A DNA stretch of 63,942 bases, filler included, from Craspedostauros australis (Eukaryota): assembly GCA_030167865.1 (NCBI GenBank). It is 11 parts of 11 records of this genome, joined end to end, with 100 filler letters (N's around TTAATTAATTAA, not from the genome) between each part and the next. Parts side by side here need not be neighbours in the genome. Positions count along the whole stretch, not along the records: positions 1,268 to 12,309 come from JALAGF010002780.1; positions 12,410 to 13,867 come from JALAGF010002781.1; positions 13,968 to 17,271 come from JALAGF010002782.1; positions 17,372 to 38,169 come from JALAGF010002783.1; 7 more parts are not named here. The stretch is one strand, 5' to 3'. The number at the start of each line of letters is the position of its first letter. Positions within the stretch are counted from its first letter, which is position 1. Under the pieces are notes generated by a model. The model saw nothing but the letters and a program-made list of their open reading frames with translations. It was not told the DNA's origin and searched no databases. This document shows, one piece after another, positions 11,684-21,636 of the stretch. The translations under genes were made by a program, and so were the position numbers.

Positions 11684-12112
11684 CCTTTTCTTGTTGTCGC
11701 TGTCGTTTCCGATTGTTGTTGATTGTTGCTATTGTTGATGATTGGTGGTCGGTATAATCGTACGAGTGGAGCAGGTAGAGTTGATAGAGCAGGCAGAGTG
11801 TGTGGTCCCAAATCAGTTGTGCTTGGATGGCGATTGTGAGCTCATCTGCTCGAGCTTGATGTCCTCCATTTCATGATCCTGTGCATTGATCACGAAGCAA
11901 CATGTCGTCAGTCAACACGCCTGAATGGGCTTGCGCGGTTCCACCATGGCATGATACGACTGGGGCTTCCGGTAAACTGCCGGACATGGTGGTTCGGGTG
12001 CATTTTAACGGACTTACGAACACTGTTAGTCGTGAATGAGATTTTATTAGTCTTGATTGCCATGTCCTTCAGACATTGTCGTCGCCACTCGCGACTCGTA
12101 TCTGTGCGATGT

Positions 12113-12260
12113 CAAAAGATGCCCTAAAATAGGGCACCTTTTCAAAACGTGCCTTAAATTAGGGCATCTTTTCAAAACGTGCCTTATATAGGGCACCTTT
12201 TCAAAACGTGCCCTGAATAGGGCATCTTTTCAAAACGTGCCCTAAATAGGGCACCTTTTC
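12113..12260. repeat. Tandem array of about 5 x 29-30-bp self-complementary units (TGCCCTA-n-TAGGGCA core), probably a transposon subterminal repeat
   Basis: Units gccctaaaatagggcaccttttcaaaacgt / gccttaaattagggcatcttttcaaaacgt / gccttatatagggcaccttttcaaaacgt / gccctgaatagggcatcttttcaaaacgt / gccctaaatagggcaccttttc, near a contig end. Confidence 0.9.
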
Positions 12261-12409
12261 TCCCTCACCCACATGTCGCTGTTCGCAGCCGATTGGACGA
12301 CAGAAAGAGNNNNNNNNNNNNNNNNNNNNNNNNNNNNNNNNNNNNNNNNNNNNTTAATTAATTAANNNNNNNNNNNNNNNNNNNNNNNNNNNNNNNNNNN
12401 NNNNNNNNN

Positions 12410-13867
12410 GCGCGCTGGCAACATCGTCTTCGACGAAGCCCATTTTGCTTCCAGCACGCGCCCACCCGGGCCTCAGCTTCTCTACGATTTGGGGTTCCCA
12501 CGAGAGGTGGCTGAGGTTTCGTGCGAGCCTGTGCGGAAGAAGGCTGCGTACCCGGTGATACCAATCCAACGAGCTGTCATGCCCAAGCTGGCCTTCAGTG
12601 TGCCACTACCACTGGGAGACGTGCTTGATAGATCCCTATCGCACGCGTCGGCGGCTCGATGCTCCGTTACAGGCCAAGTGGATATCGTTCCTCTCGAACT
12701 CACCGACAATCCTTTTGGTTTCGAATTCGAGCAGGCGGTTGCTGTGAGCGGGAGCGATGATCTCCTTGGATTCGACTTCCAGTACGATTCCCAGCGTGAC
12801 CGGCTGCAGCTGATGTTCTGCCGCCAAGGGCAACCTGCCGCTCGAATCCCTCGATGGCGTTCGCGGCTCCGACATTCACACCTGATGTCCATCGACGGCG
12901 TACAGGTGTACAGTGTTGCTGGGGCCAAGGCAGTGATACAGCGGCTGCGGCAACGTCAAGCCACGAGTGTCGACTTCGTCTTCGCATTCGATGATGTCCG
13001 GAACGCGTTGTCACAACACGGTGTGCCGCAGATATACTTCGATCAAATGCGGCACATCCGGGATATCATCAACACCAGCACGCCCGTGGCACGCGCTACC
13101 AGCGTCACCAACGCTCCAGTCAAGCTCACGCGGCGAAAGCTCCTGCGTCAGGATGACTGGGACCAATGGCAGGCCGCGGAGTACAAGCAGCTGGATCAAT
13201 ACGATGCTCAGCAAATGTTTGGTGCACCGGTTGTGCCGCCTTCAAATGCTGCGGTGTTCAATTGGGTGTGGGTATACGTCATCAAGACCCATGAGAACAA
13301 TCGCAAGAAGGCGCGAGCGGTGTGCGATGGTTCGACCAGAGGCGGGCATGCAAGAGTCTTTGGGCATACATACGCGGCGACGCCGGATCTGACTGAGTTT
13401 CGTCTCCTCTTGGCGGTCGCTGCTGTCCGTGGACTCAAGGTGTATGGCTCCGATGTCACCAATGCTTTTGCGGAGGCGCCAGCAGGCAAGCAACGGTACT
13501 TCATGAACGTTGATGATCAGTACGCGTCCTGGTATCGTCACAAGTTTGGCACCGACATACCGCGAGGCCACGTCATCCCTGTCAACAAGAATTTGCAGGG
13601 CCATCCGGAGGCACCGCGACTATGGAGCAAGCACATCAATGGCATCCTCAAGGACTTGCGGTTCCTACCGACGACCCATGCTCCATGCCTCTACACAGGG
13701 TCCGTTGATGGTACTAAGGTGTTTGTGCTGCGACAGGTTGATGACTTTGCTGTGGCAGCGATCAACAAGACCGTCTTCGACAAGTTCTGCGACATGCTGG
13801 ACAAGCGGCTCTTCCAACCGATCACTCGTCAGGGTCTGATGGTGCACTACAATGGTCTGGACATTGC
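12410..13867 (+). mobile_element. Ty1/copia (CoDi-type) pol fragment: end of integrase region, linker, reverse transcriptase
   Basis: NIVFDEAHF, WQAAEYKQLDQY, WVWVYVIK, KKARAVCDGS, SDVTNAFAEA, KNLQGHPEAPRLW, PCLY, RQVDDFAVA. The whole contig is one open frame. Confidence 0.92.
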
Positions 13868-13967
13868 NNNNNNNNNNNNNNNNNNNNNNNNNNNNNNNNN
13901 NNNNNNNNNNNTTAATTAATTAANNNNNNNNNNNNNNNNNNNNNNNNNNNNNNNNNNNNNNNNNNNN

Positions 13968-14566
13968 TGATTCCGCCACCAAATATTCTGGATGATGGCG
14001 CGCAAGTGTGACTGATGCATACACATCCGAGTACACACATTTCGACACCCTCCCTAATTCGCGATTTGTACTCGATGATTGGTTGGTTGGTTGTTGTGCT
14101 TGTCTGTCTCTGTGTGTCTTCTTCTGGGGTCATTGGGCCTTCAGCTTCTCTCTTGCACTCTGCTTGAAACCGTTGTCACGTTCCTTTTTCGTATACCGCT
14201 GATGCAAGCGGTCGCCCTCCCAGGTCTCGATGTTCCACCTGCGGGTTGCTTTGCACTTTTTTCTCGTTGTATCGTCGTTCATCTTTTTGCTTCGGAAAAT
14301 CAGGTGTCGGTGGTATCGAACCCATGAAGTTGGTCCGGTCTGATTCTTCCTCAGTCAACTATTTCGCTCTCCCGGGCGTAAGCCACAGGTTTACGTTACC
14401 ATGTCGAAATTCCCCGTAGTCCCAAAAGTAACGTGCTCCTGTAACGCTCAGGAGTGATCGATCATGCGCTTGCCACGTTGACGATAGGGGGGTATTTGTT
14501 GTTTCTGTACTCTATTTTGGTTCAGTCCCGTACAATCGGGAATTACTGATGTCACACATTTCGACA
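13968..14566 (-). mobile_element. Miniature, internally deleted LTR retroelement (TRIM-like): 5' LTR 14566-14402, PBS from 14401, about 345-bp internal region, PPT 14057-14048, 3' LTR from 14047 to the contig edge
   Basis: The minus strand reads TGTCGAAATGTGTG...ATTTCGACA (9-bp terminal inverted repeat), then TGGTAACG (PBS-like), later TTAGGGAGGG directly followed by a second TGTCGAAATGTGTG. Confidence 0.75.
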
Positions 14567-15181
14567 CTAGTCGTATGTCCTGTTGGTGGAGATGGAGGCT
14601 CCAAGACGGTTGAGAGACAGAACGGAGGACTTTGTTGTCCTTTGCTTGTTGTTGTGTGGTTTGTGGTGGTGACATGGTGTGTGTTGATTTCGGATTTATG
14701 ATCACAACCGTTAGAAGACGTTTGATGAACAAGTTCGAAAATGGCAAACCAAACGCTTGGATGTGCTTTTTGTGCACCACATGTTCCCTGTTCGAAGACA
14801 TCTCTGTCTCCAGAGACCTCTGCGTCTACCAGATCGATGAGTCGATGAGTCGCTGCCGAAGTCCATGTCCACAGGAGTAGATCGCAGGAGCGCAGCCCAT
14901 CTTCCGTATTCCACAACAACGACATCTTCAGCTGCGAGGAAGCCTCTGACAGAACCACCGTGTTGTCCTTGTTCCTGCTTCGGAATGAACAGAGAACAGA
15001 GCAAAGTACCAACACTCCACTCCATGTTGGATTAGTGCCTCAAGGTGCTCAAGCTCATCAATACTCATCAATGCCAGTGTGTCGTGGAGGTTGTCGTGGA
15101 GGTTGTCGTGGAGCGCGTCGTGGAGTGTACGTTCCTATTTTATCACCCACCTCATCCCAATCTTGTCCTTATCACATCCAA

Positions 15182-16486
15182 TCAATTGACTTCACTGTTG
15201 GCGGTCTTCTGCTTTGTCTCCAATGATCGAATCTTCTTCAACAGAGAGGACCGGTCCATGTCCTCTTCGATCATCACATCATCTCTTTTCTCCAACCATT
15301 CGTACAGCTCATCGATCCGCATTCGATCAAATTTGTCTCCAGTTGTTTTCGTCAAGTCCTCAAAACTTGCACACAGATGAATCTCCTTCATCAGCTCAAC
15401 TGAATCGATCAGTTGACCGACCTCACGTTGCTGCCACACTTTGGCAATATTCTTCCCCATCACCTTGATGCACTCTTCTTTCAGCACATAGCAACTGTGT
15501 GCATCTGCGAACAACAGAAGGTCGACGCATGAAGTCAGGCGGAGATACTTCACTGTCAGCTTCGTCTCCAGCAAGATCTTGAGCTTCCAACAACCGAAGC
15601 GGTTGGCGACGATCAGCAGATCTTGCAATTGACGTTGGGTCGTGTCATCTGTATGGAAGGATGTATCATCAGCGTAGATGAAACGAAGCATGAATCGGAA
15701 ATGGTCGGGGTCGATCGTTGGAAACGAGATGGACTTTCCGTCGCCATCTTCCTCCCCATCTTCCTCGTCGAAAGTTGTAGCTTCATCAATGAATGACCTC
15801 ATGGCTGGTGCTCCTGCTAACACGAACATGGTATTCGCCTTGATGCGTTGTTGCTGATCGCCGGTGCCAACAACGAAGGTGATGTCGGCGAGAGTTCCTG
15901 TACGAATCATCTTGAGCCGTTCTTTGTTGAAGCTCAGGGATGGAGTCCAGCGCTTGCGGATGTGTTGAAGGTGATCAAACTTGATGTGGACAGAGAGGGT
16001 GTCATCATCGAGTCCATGGTCGAGAACCTGTTTCATGGTCGTAACTTCGCCCCATCCCCAAGTGGTCTGTTCGCCCGCACGACGTGTTCTTTCTCCTGTG
16101 GTCCTGGTGATGCCTAACTTGGGAATCGAGGCTGTGCACTTCACAGAGTACTCTTCACCCAACAACCATGACGCTTTGTCGAGACGAAGAGACATCCCAA
16201 GATGATATCCTTGAGGTGAGTCAGAGCCTCCCCCTGACTGTGCGTTATCTTTTAAGAATACCAGTATCAACTTCCATCGAGCACCGCCGCACTCAAAGAC
16301 AGGAGAGCACGTGTACTTGTCACTCTTGTAGTTGATCTCAGAGAAGTGATGGAACTGCACGACAATCAAGTGTTTCTCATAGTCATCATCACAATCGTCG
16401 TCGTTGTTGTCGTCATTCTCGTTCTTTCCCTGCTTGTTGACGTGAACGACCTTCACGGTCTCGTTGTTGTTGAGTGGTTGAGACAT
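15182..16486 (-). CDS. MATH-BTB (SPOP/BPM-like) cullin-3 substrate adaptor
   Basis: MATH: SPVFECGGARWKLIL...WGWGE...LDDDTLSVHIKF. BTB: ADITFVVG..IKANTMFVLAGAP..IDPDHFRFMLRFIY..LLIVANRFGCWKLK. BACK-like: LLLFADAHSCYVLKEECI. Confidence 0.88.
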   Translation of the reverse strand: MSQPLNNNETVKVVHVNKQGKNENDDNNDDDCDDDYEKHLIVVQFHHFSEINYKSDKYTCSPVFECGGARWKLILVFLKDNAQSGGGSDSPQGYHLGMSLRLDKASWLLGEEYSVKCTASIPKLGITRTTGERTRRAGEQTTWGWGEVTTMKQVLDHGLDDDTLSVHIKFDHLQHIRKRWTPSLSFNKERLKMIRTGTLADITFVVGTGDQQQRIKANTMFVLAGAPAMRSFIDEATTFDEEDGEEDGDGKSISFPTIDPDHFRFMLRFIYADDTSFHTDDTTQRQLQDLLIVANRFGCWKLKILLETKLTVKYLRLTSCVDLLLFADAHSCYVLKEECIKVMGKNIAKVWQQREVGQLIDSVELMKEIHLCASFEDLTKTTGDKFDRMRIDELYEWLEKRDDVMIEEDMDRSSLLKKIRSLETKQKTANSEVN

Positions 16487-16848
16487 CGTCGAAGATGATG
16501 TGGTTCTGAAGCGAGAATGAGAGTAAGTGAGGGATGGAGGAAGAGACGGATGCCTGGAAGGGAGGCAGACGAAGGATATCCATTATGATTTTTCCCCACG
16601 ATGGAGGACCCCTTGTGTCAGGTCGCACACTTCTACTAGCGGTGTGCGTGGACTGGTGCGTCCTGACACAAACGAAAAATACCGCGACGATTTGTCGCGA
16701 CGTTTTATCGTGGTAGGGTTGTGCGACCAAATGGCAAACAACACCCTTTCCACATCGCGTGTTTCTTCGTGTTGTTTTGGGTTCTCAAACCACCACCCGG
16801 TTCTTCGTGTTGTTTGTTGCTCCACACAATATCCGTGAGGAAATAAAA

Positions 16849-16980
16849 GGACTCGTGAGTCCGTTTAGCGCTAAGTGGACTCACCAATCCACTTGACATT
16901 TTTGTTGCTGTGTAAGTGGACTCGCCAATCCACTTACGTAACTGGATTGGTAATTCCACTTACGAACACAAAATGACTAG
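16849..16980. repeat. Cluster of palindromic motifs (3 x AAGTGGA-N8-TCCACTT-like, plus GGACTC-GT-GAGTCC)
   Basis: taagtggactcaccaatccactt (16872-16894), taagtggactcgccaatccactt (16913-16935) and an inverted variant taactggattggtaattccactt (from 16939). Confidence 0.75.
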
Positions 16981-17191
16981 TTTGATTACCCTCCCTCTGA
17001 GATTGGATTAGTTCGACTCGATCACCATAAATCTCTCTACTGATTCTTCGTGATGTTGTGCACTGCGTGTTTTGTCGTTTTATTCTTCCGACGCGACAAC
17101 ACATGGTGCATTTCCCTCTTGCATTACCTGTGGGTGTCTTCTGCACATCCGTTGGATTTCGTCTTTCTCCATCTGCATCCATTCCGATGTT

Positions 17192-17271
17192 TGTCGAGAT
17201 GTACATGTGAGTATACGTCAAGATGTACGTGTATATGTGCATCGTTCACCCGCTATTCTCTCATACGCACT
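17192..17271 (+). mobile_element. Start of an LTR (TGTCGAGATG...), cut by the contig end
   Basis: Near-identical reverse-complement copy at 57830-57909. Begins TGTCG like the LTRs at 14566/14047. Confidence 0.75.
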
Positions 17272-17371
17272 NNNNNNNNNNNNNNNNNNNNNNNNNNNNN
17301 NNNNNNNNNNNNNNNTTAATTAATTAANNNNNNNNNNNNNNNNNNNNNNNNNNNNNNNNNNNNNNNNNNNN

Positions 17372-17799
17372 TTAAATGATATCTATTGTACAGATTGAGC
17401 CAAAGACCGCTAAGTCCGGAGACTTCAAAGATGGAGAGTCGAATTTCTCGAACAACAGAGGCATGATCCTACCGGACTCCTGTAGAATTCTACGTGTAAC
17501 CAACTGTAACCAACGGGATCCAAAAAAAACCCGGTCTGTCCGTCGTCCGAAGGCAAAACCACACCAATGGGGTCAACAAACAGATAAAGATCGACAAGAT
17601 GGTAGTAACAACAAGATAATGTTATTGCTTTCCTGGATAGCCCTGAGTCTTAAGTTTACGTAGATGTAAAGAGATATTCGATTGAGTGTCTATAACTTTA
17701 AGTCTGAGATCGGGAAAATTGGATCCAAAATCTGTAACCAATTGTAACCAAATGTAACCAATTGTAACCAATTTTTGGGGTCCGGCTCTTTGAGGCACT
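17372..17799. mobile_element. Terminal 428 bp of a non-autonomous transposon-like repeat (copy 1)
   Basis: Identical to 38270-38697. Contains 4 x TGTAACCAAT-like subterminal repeats. Identity ends sharply at ...GGCTCTTTGAGGCACT. Confidence 0.85.
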
Positions 17800-18250
17800 C
17801 TGCGTTGTTTCCAATGCGTTTTCATTCGTGCGCCAAAGCTGGCAGCCGTCGGCGCATGCTGCGGTCACATGTGTCTCCAAATGTATTGTGCAAAGGAAGA
17901 GGTCTTCCGGCGTTCATTAGAAACAGCAACGATCATGAATGCCAACAGAGAAAGAGGGGAACGGATGGCAAGTGTCGCCTCATGAACGATATGGAACAAT
18001 GGGCATACAAGTCTTCCTGACGATTTTGCTGAAGGTGTGCACAATCATCACCAAGGAAAAGGCAGTGATCTACTCTACTCTCTGTCCATCCGAAACAGAT
18101 TGAACGAATCTGAGATTGGGATGTGTGATTCTCGACTCCCCTGTCCTTTCAGCATTTGCGCTCGACAACAAGAAGTAGCCTGTCGCTTGTGCTACACTTC
18201 AACAAATCACAGTATATGATGTTGTTTTTCGCCACATATGCCAAATTGAT

Positions 18251-18322
18251 TCTCCTGTAGTGAAGTGGTTATCACTCTTGACTTTGAATCAAGCATCCTC
18301 GGTTCGAATCCGGGCAGGAGAA
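18251..18322 (+). tRNA. tRNA-Gln (anticodon TTG)
   Basis: Cloverleaf: acceptor TCTCCTG/CAGGAGA, D arm GTGA/TCAC, anticodon arm CTTGA-CTTTGAA-TCAAG, T arm CTCGG-TTCGAAT-CCGGG. No encoded CCA. Followed by an oligo-T Pol III terminator. Confidence 0.95.
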
Positions 18323-19144
18323 TATTTTTTGTTGCGACAAACAACCGCGCTCATTTGCACACAACCCACAACATTTTCAAGGCTTCTCCGAGTCCTCATT
18401 TCTTGTTGCTGTGCTTGCCATCACCAACCTTCCATGTCGATTGCAAGCACTTCCACCATCATTCAGCTCTGAATTCATTTCTCTTTTGCGGCAGAGGTCC
18501 GTGATGCCTCTGAACCGACCCTGCAGTGCTCTGAATTATTCTATTATGTAGAACGGAACAGGTGAATGCAAAGGCATGCATCGTGTCGCAGGATAGGTGC
18601 CGTCACATGCCACAGCACATGACTTCATTGATTCTATCGATGGACGTACCGCGCGACCCCCAACCAATCTCTAGAGAGTATAATATAAATAGAATGATAC
18701 ATCCTGATCTGAAGGAGAGCTATCGCAACTCAGGATAGTTGCACTCATGTCGTGGATTTGGCTTGATCGCCTGTGGCGCACCGATGTTGCGATCCATCCC
18801 CACGAGATAATCTCTCTAGATTAAAGACGCAGGCTATTGACGAACATCGAACGGTTTTGGCGATAACGGAGGAAACGGTCTCCACCGAGCGTGTCCGCAC
18901 CCAATTTCAAAATCGCGTCATCGCGCAACTGTACCATGGTGACTCACGCCATAGTACGGATGTTTTGTGGAGAAAAGGCATCGTGCGATTTGTGAAGGTT
19001 GCCGAGAGACGCAAAGAGAGAAGGCGGAGCAGAGTACTCGATCCAAAGGCATCCCGAAGGAAGAAGGAAGGAAGGAAGGCGTTGGGAATCCACATTGCCG
19101 ATCGAGCGCAGGTTGGAAAGGAAGGAACGGGCTTCGCAGCTGCA

Positions 19145-20628
19145 ATGGCTCTCAGGAGATGGCAATGCTGCAGATGGCATTCGTGGATGTGTCTGCTGTC
19201 ATTGCTGCTGTGTTGGAGCACCGTGATCGAGCAGGCTTCTCTGGCGCAGGCAGACGTCGTGGATGATCGCAAGGGCAAGCAGGTCATCTCTTTGCAGTGC
19301 CCATCGGCCATTCGCAACGCTCCGCTGGTGGTGGACGAAGTGGCGCTGGTCTGCGACAGTCCAGAGGCATGGGGAGAGGAGCGAAACAGCGGCAACAACG
19401 AGGATGACAATGAAGATGACAACCGCAGCAGCCAGGACGATGATGCCGAGGATCCCTACAAGGATGCGATCGTCTGTCTGCCGGGAGATTACGCGAAATT
19501 GGCAATCAATTGTAAGTTGCTGCTGGCGTTGGTCTCGAGATGTGTCGAAATGGGTCGACATGTGACGACAGGCAGGGAGCTTGGCTGGGAGCTCGGCTGG
19601 GCGGTCCTCCTCCTCCTCAATACGACCTACTCGTGGACCGCATAGACTCAACTAGACTCAACGAGACTCGCTCCGATGCCTTGGTGTTCGTCTCATCCGA
19701 CAGTGATTTCTGCGCTGTCCTCTCTCATTCACACTGCACCCTCTCCATTCATCCCTTCACACCCATTGCATTGCGTTGCTTGCACAACGCAGTCCGGTTG
19801 CTACCAAAGAACAGCTTCGATTCTGGCATTCTGCTTTCGTTCCAGGCCAGTTTCTACGGATACTCGAAGAGGATCCACACCAAGACGAGCCTCTGCAACT
19901 TTAGATCGCTCATGTACCACAGCGAAGCTGGCGACCATTCGTCGGATGTCAACGTTTACCGCTACGGAGCGTCTTGCCCTCTGGTGGCAGGTTCCTACCA
20001 GCTCTACACAACCTTCCGAGTTCCACAATTTCTGCGCGATCAGGATCTTCAATTCACACCTGATGTATCGATTCAATTTGCGGATGGAGGTGACGGCCAT
20101 TTGCTGGGATGCGCCACAACGGGTACGATCGCCATGTTGGACCTCGCAAAGCGCCGGCAATCCAAGGGATCCTGGCTGCTCGGCGGAGCGCTGCTGCTCT
20201 TCTTGACCACCTTTTCGTTATGTCTCATCACACATGGCCGGCATCGCAGCAAGAGTCGACGAGGTGGTCCTGGCAGCGTCGGAGAAGCGGGAGGCATGCC
20301 TTCATCTGTCGCAGGCAGCAACTACTCCGTGTCCGGGGCCAGCACCAATTCCACCCAGGTGGTGCGACGATATCACTACCATCGCACGACGAGAAATGGA
20401 ACGGTCTTGGCCCCGGATGAACAAGTCCCAGACGACAAGTCGCTTGGCACCACCACATCGATCATGACACCGCTTTCGCATGGATCCGCAAGAGAGATCC
20501 AGATGATTGACCAGACATCGCGCTCGTTCGATTCTGCCATGATGGGATCGACGGTCGGCACGTTGTCGGTACCGGGAACACCAGCCCGACCGTCACCGCA
20601 ACGGCCACCCAAAACGACCTTGATATGA
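19145..20628 (+). CDS. Type I membrane protein with signal peptide and putative ML (NPC2/MD-2-like) lipid-binding domain; exons 19145-19511 and 19793-20628
   Basis: Hydrophobic N-terminus MCLLSLLLCWSTV. GTAAGT...CAG intron 19512-19792 keeps the frame. SLC...CPLVAGSYQLYTTFRVP...LLGC pattern. TM segment WLLGGALLLFLTTFSLCLI followed by basic residues. Confidence 0.65.
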
Positions 20629-21636
20629 GCTGAATAGTTGTCTTTTCAACTCTCATCGCACACAGAAAGTCCGCGTGGACTTCATTCCTGCGGGCAAGCC
20701 TTCTCGCCATTTGATCCATGAGCGAGGCCGATCATGGCGCACTGATAATGGGGCTATGCAATGGCCCTGTGGTGACACCCAGCGGGACAAGAGCATGGGG
20801 CGACGCCTCGTTGGAATCTGACTCTTGGTCGCGACAAACACGCGGAACGTTGCACTCGAAAACCCATGCCGCGGCAGACGGAAACCAAAAGAATCATTGA
20901 TATGGACGAGTATGCGGGGGCACTCAATTCGCCGACGCGATCGGCACAAATGCATCGTCTGCCAGCGATCGATTCCCATGTAACCAAATCACTCGGCGGT
21001 TGCTGATTCATCTGGCCGGCCATTCACGATCGCTGCTGCTCCGCACCTCCGTCACGAAAGTCACCAAAACAGGATGCCAGGCCTGGGACGCAGGTCCACA
21101 GAGCGCTGCACCGCATGTCGCAATCAGCAGGACAACTGGCTTGTCTCCTCATCCAGCGAACGCCAACGATGCACAATCTGGAAAATCGTGAGGCCGCGAT
21201 TGCTCATCTGATGCACGCGAATAGATACGGCCAAATGCCATCCGCAAGGCATGCTCGCTGATGCTTGTGGAGACCGAATGCAGACTCACGAATTCACGCA
21301 CAAACATGCAGATGTATCGTATGGTCTCATGCACATTTATCTAGTTGGTCATCTCCTCTCTGTGCTGACCACGAGGACAACATCATGCCCTCATTGCAGT
21401 GCAGCGCAGTGCTGCGCAGTGGAGTGCACCGAATCGAACCCAGACGCGCCGTGTTGCGGACACCTCGACAAGCAAGCGCGCTCTCTCTCGTCCCCAGTGC
21501 GACGAGATCGAGCCAGCGCTGAACATGCAAGTCATCGTCGAAGGCACCAACAGTCATTCGCTGGGACAGAAGTAACTGCTACTTACCTACCATTAAATAG
21601 CACTAGTACGAGTAGAGTACATATTGCGGAGCCACT

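Noticed and set aside
12113..12260. CRISPR-like appearance of palindromic 30-bp repeats
   Set aside because: Units are head-to-tail with no unique spacers, no cas genes are present, and the context is eukaryotic.
14600..15030. Possible decayed MATH/BTB paralogue downstream of the MATH-BTB gene
   Set aside because: Only faint similarity in different frames; cannot be supported without an alignment.
16872..16964. Mini-CRISPR reading of the hairpin repeats
   Set aside because: Only two direct copies 18 nt apart, and the third is inverted.
17376..17663. Identical 95-aa ORFs here and at 38274-38561
   Set aside because: They lie inside the repeat. The diverged copy at 49109-49466 has indels relative to them, and no protein motif is recognisable.
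17733..17771. TGTAACCAAT repeats as telomeric sequence
   Set aside because: 10-bp unit, only four copies, internal to a dispersed repeat, and not TTAGGG-type.
18670..18820. Possible MITE bounded by TCTAGAGAG / CTCTCTAGA
   Set aside because: 9-bp low-complexity inverted repeat, single copy in the window.
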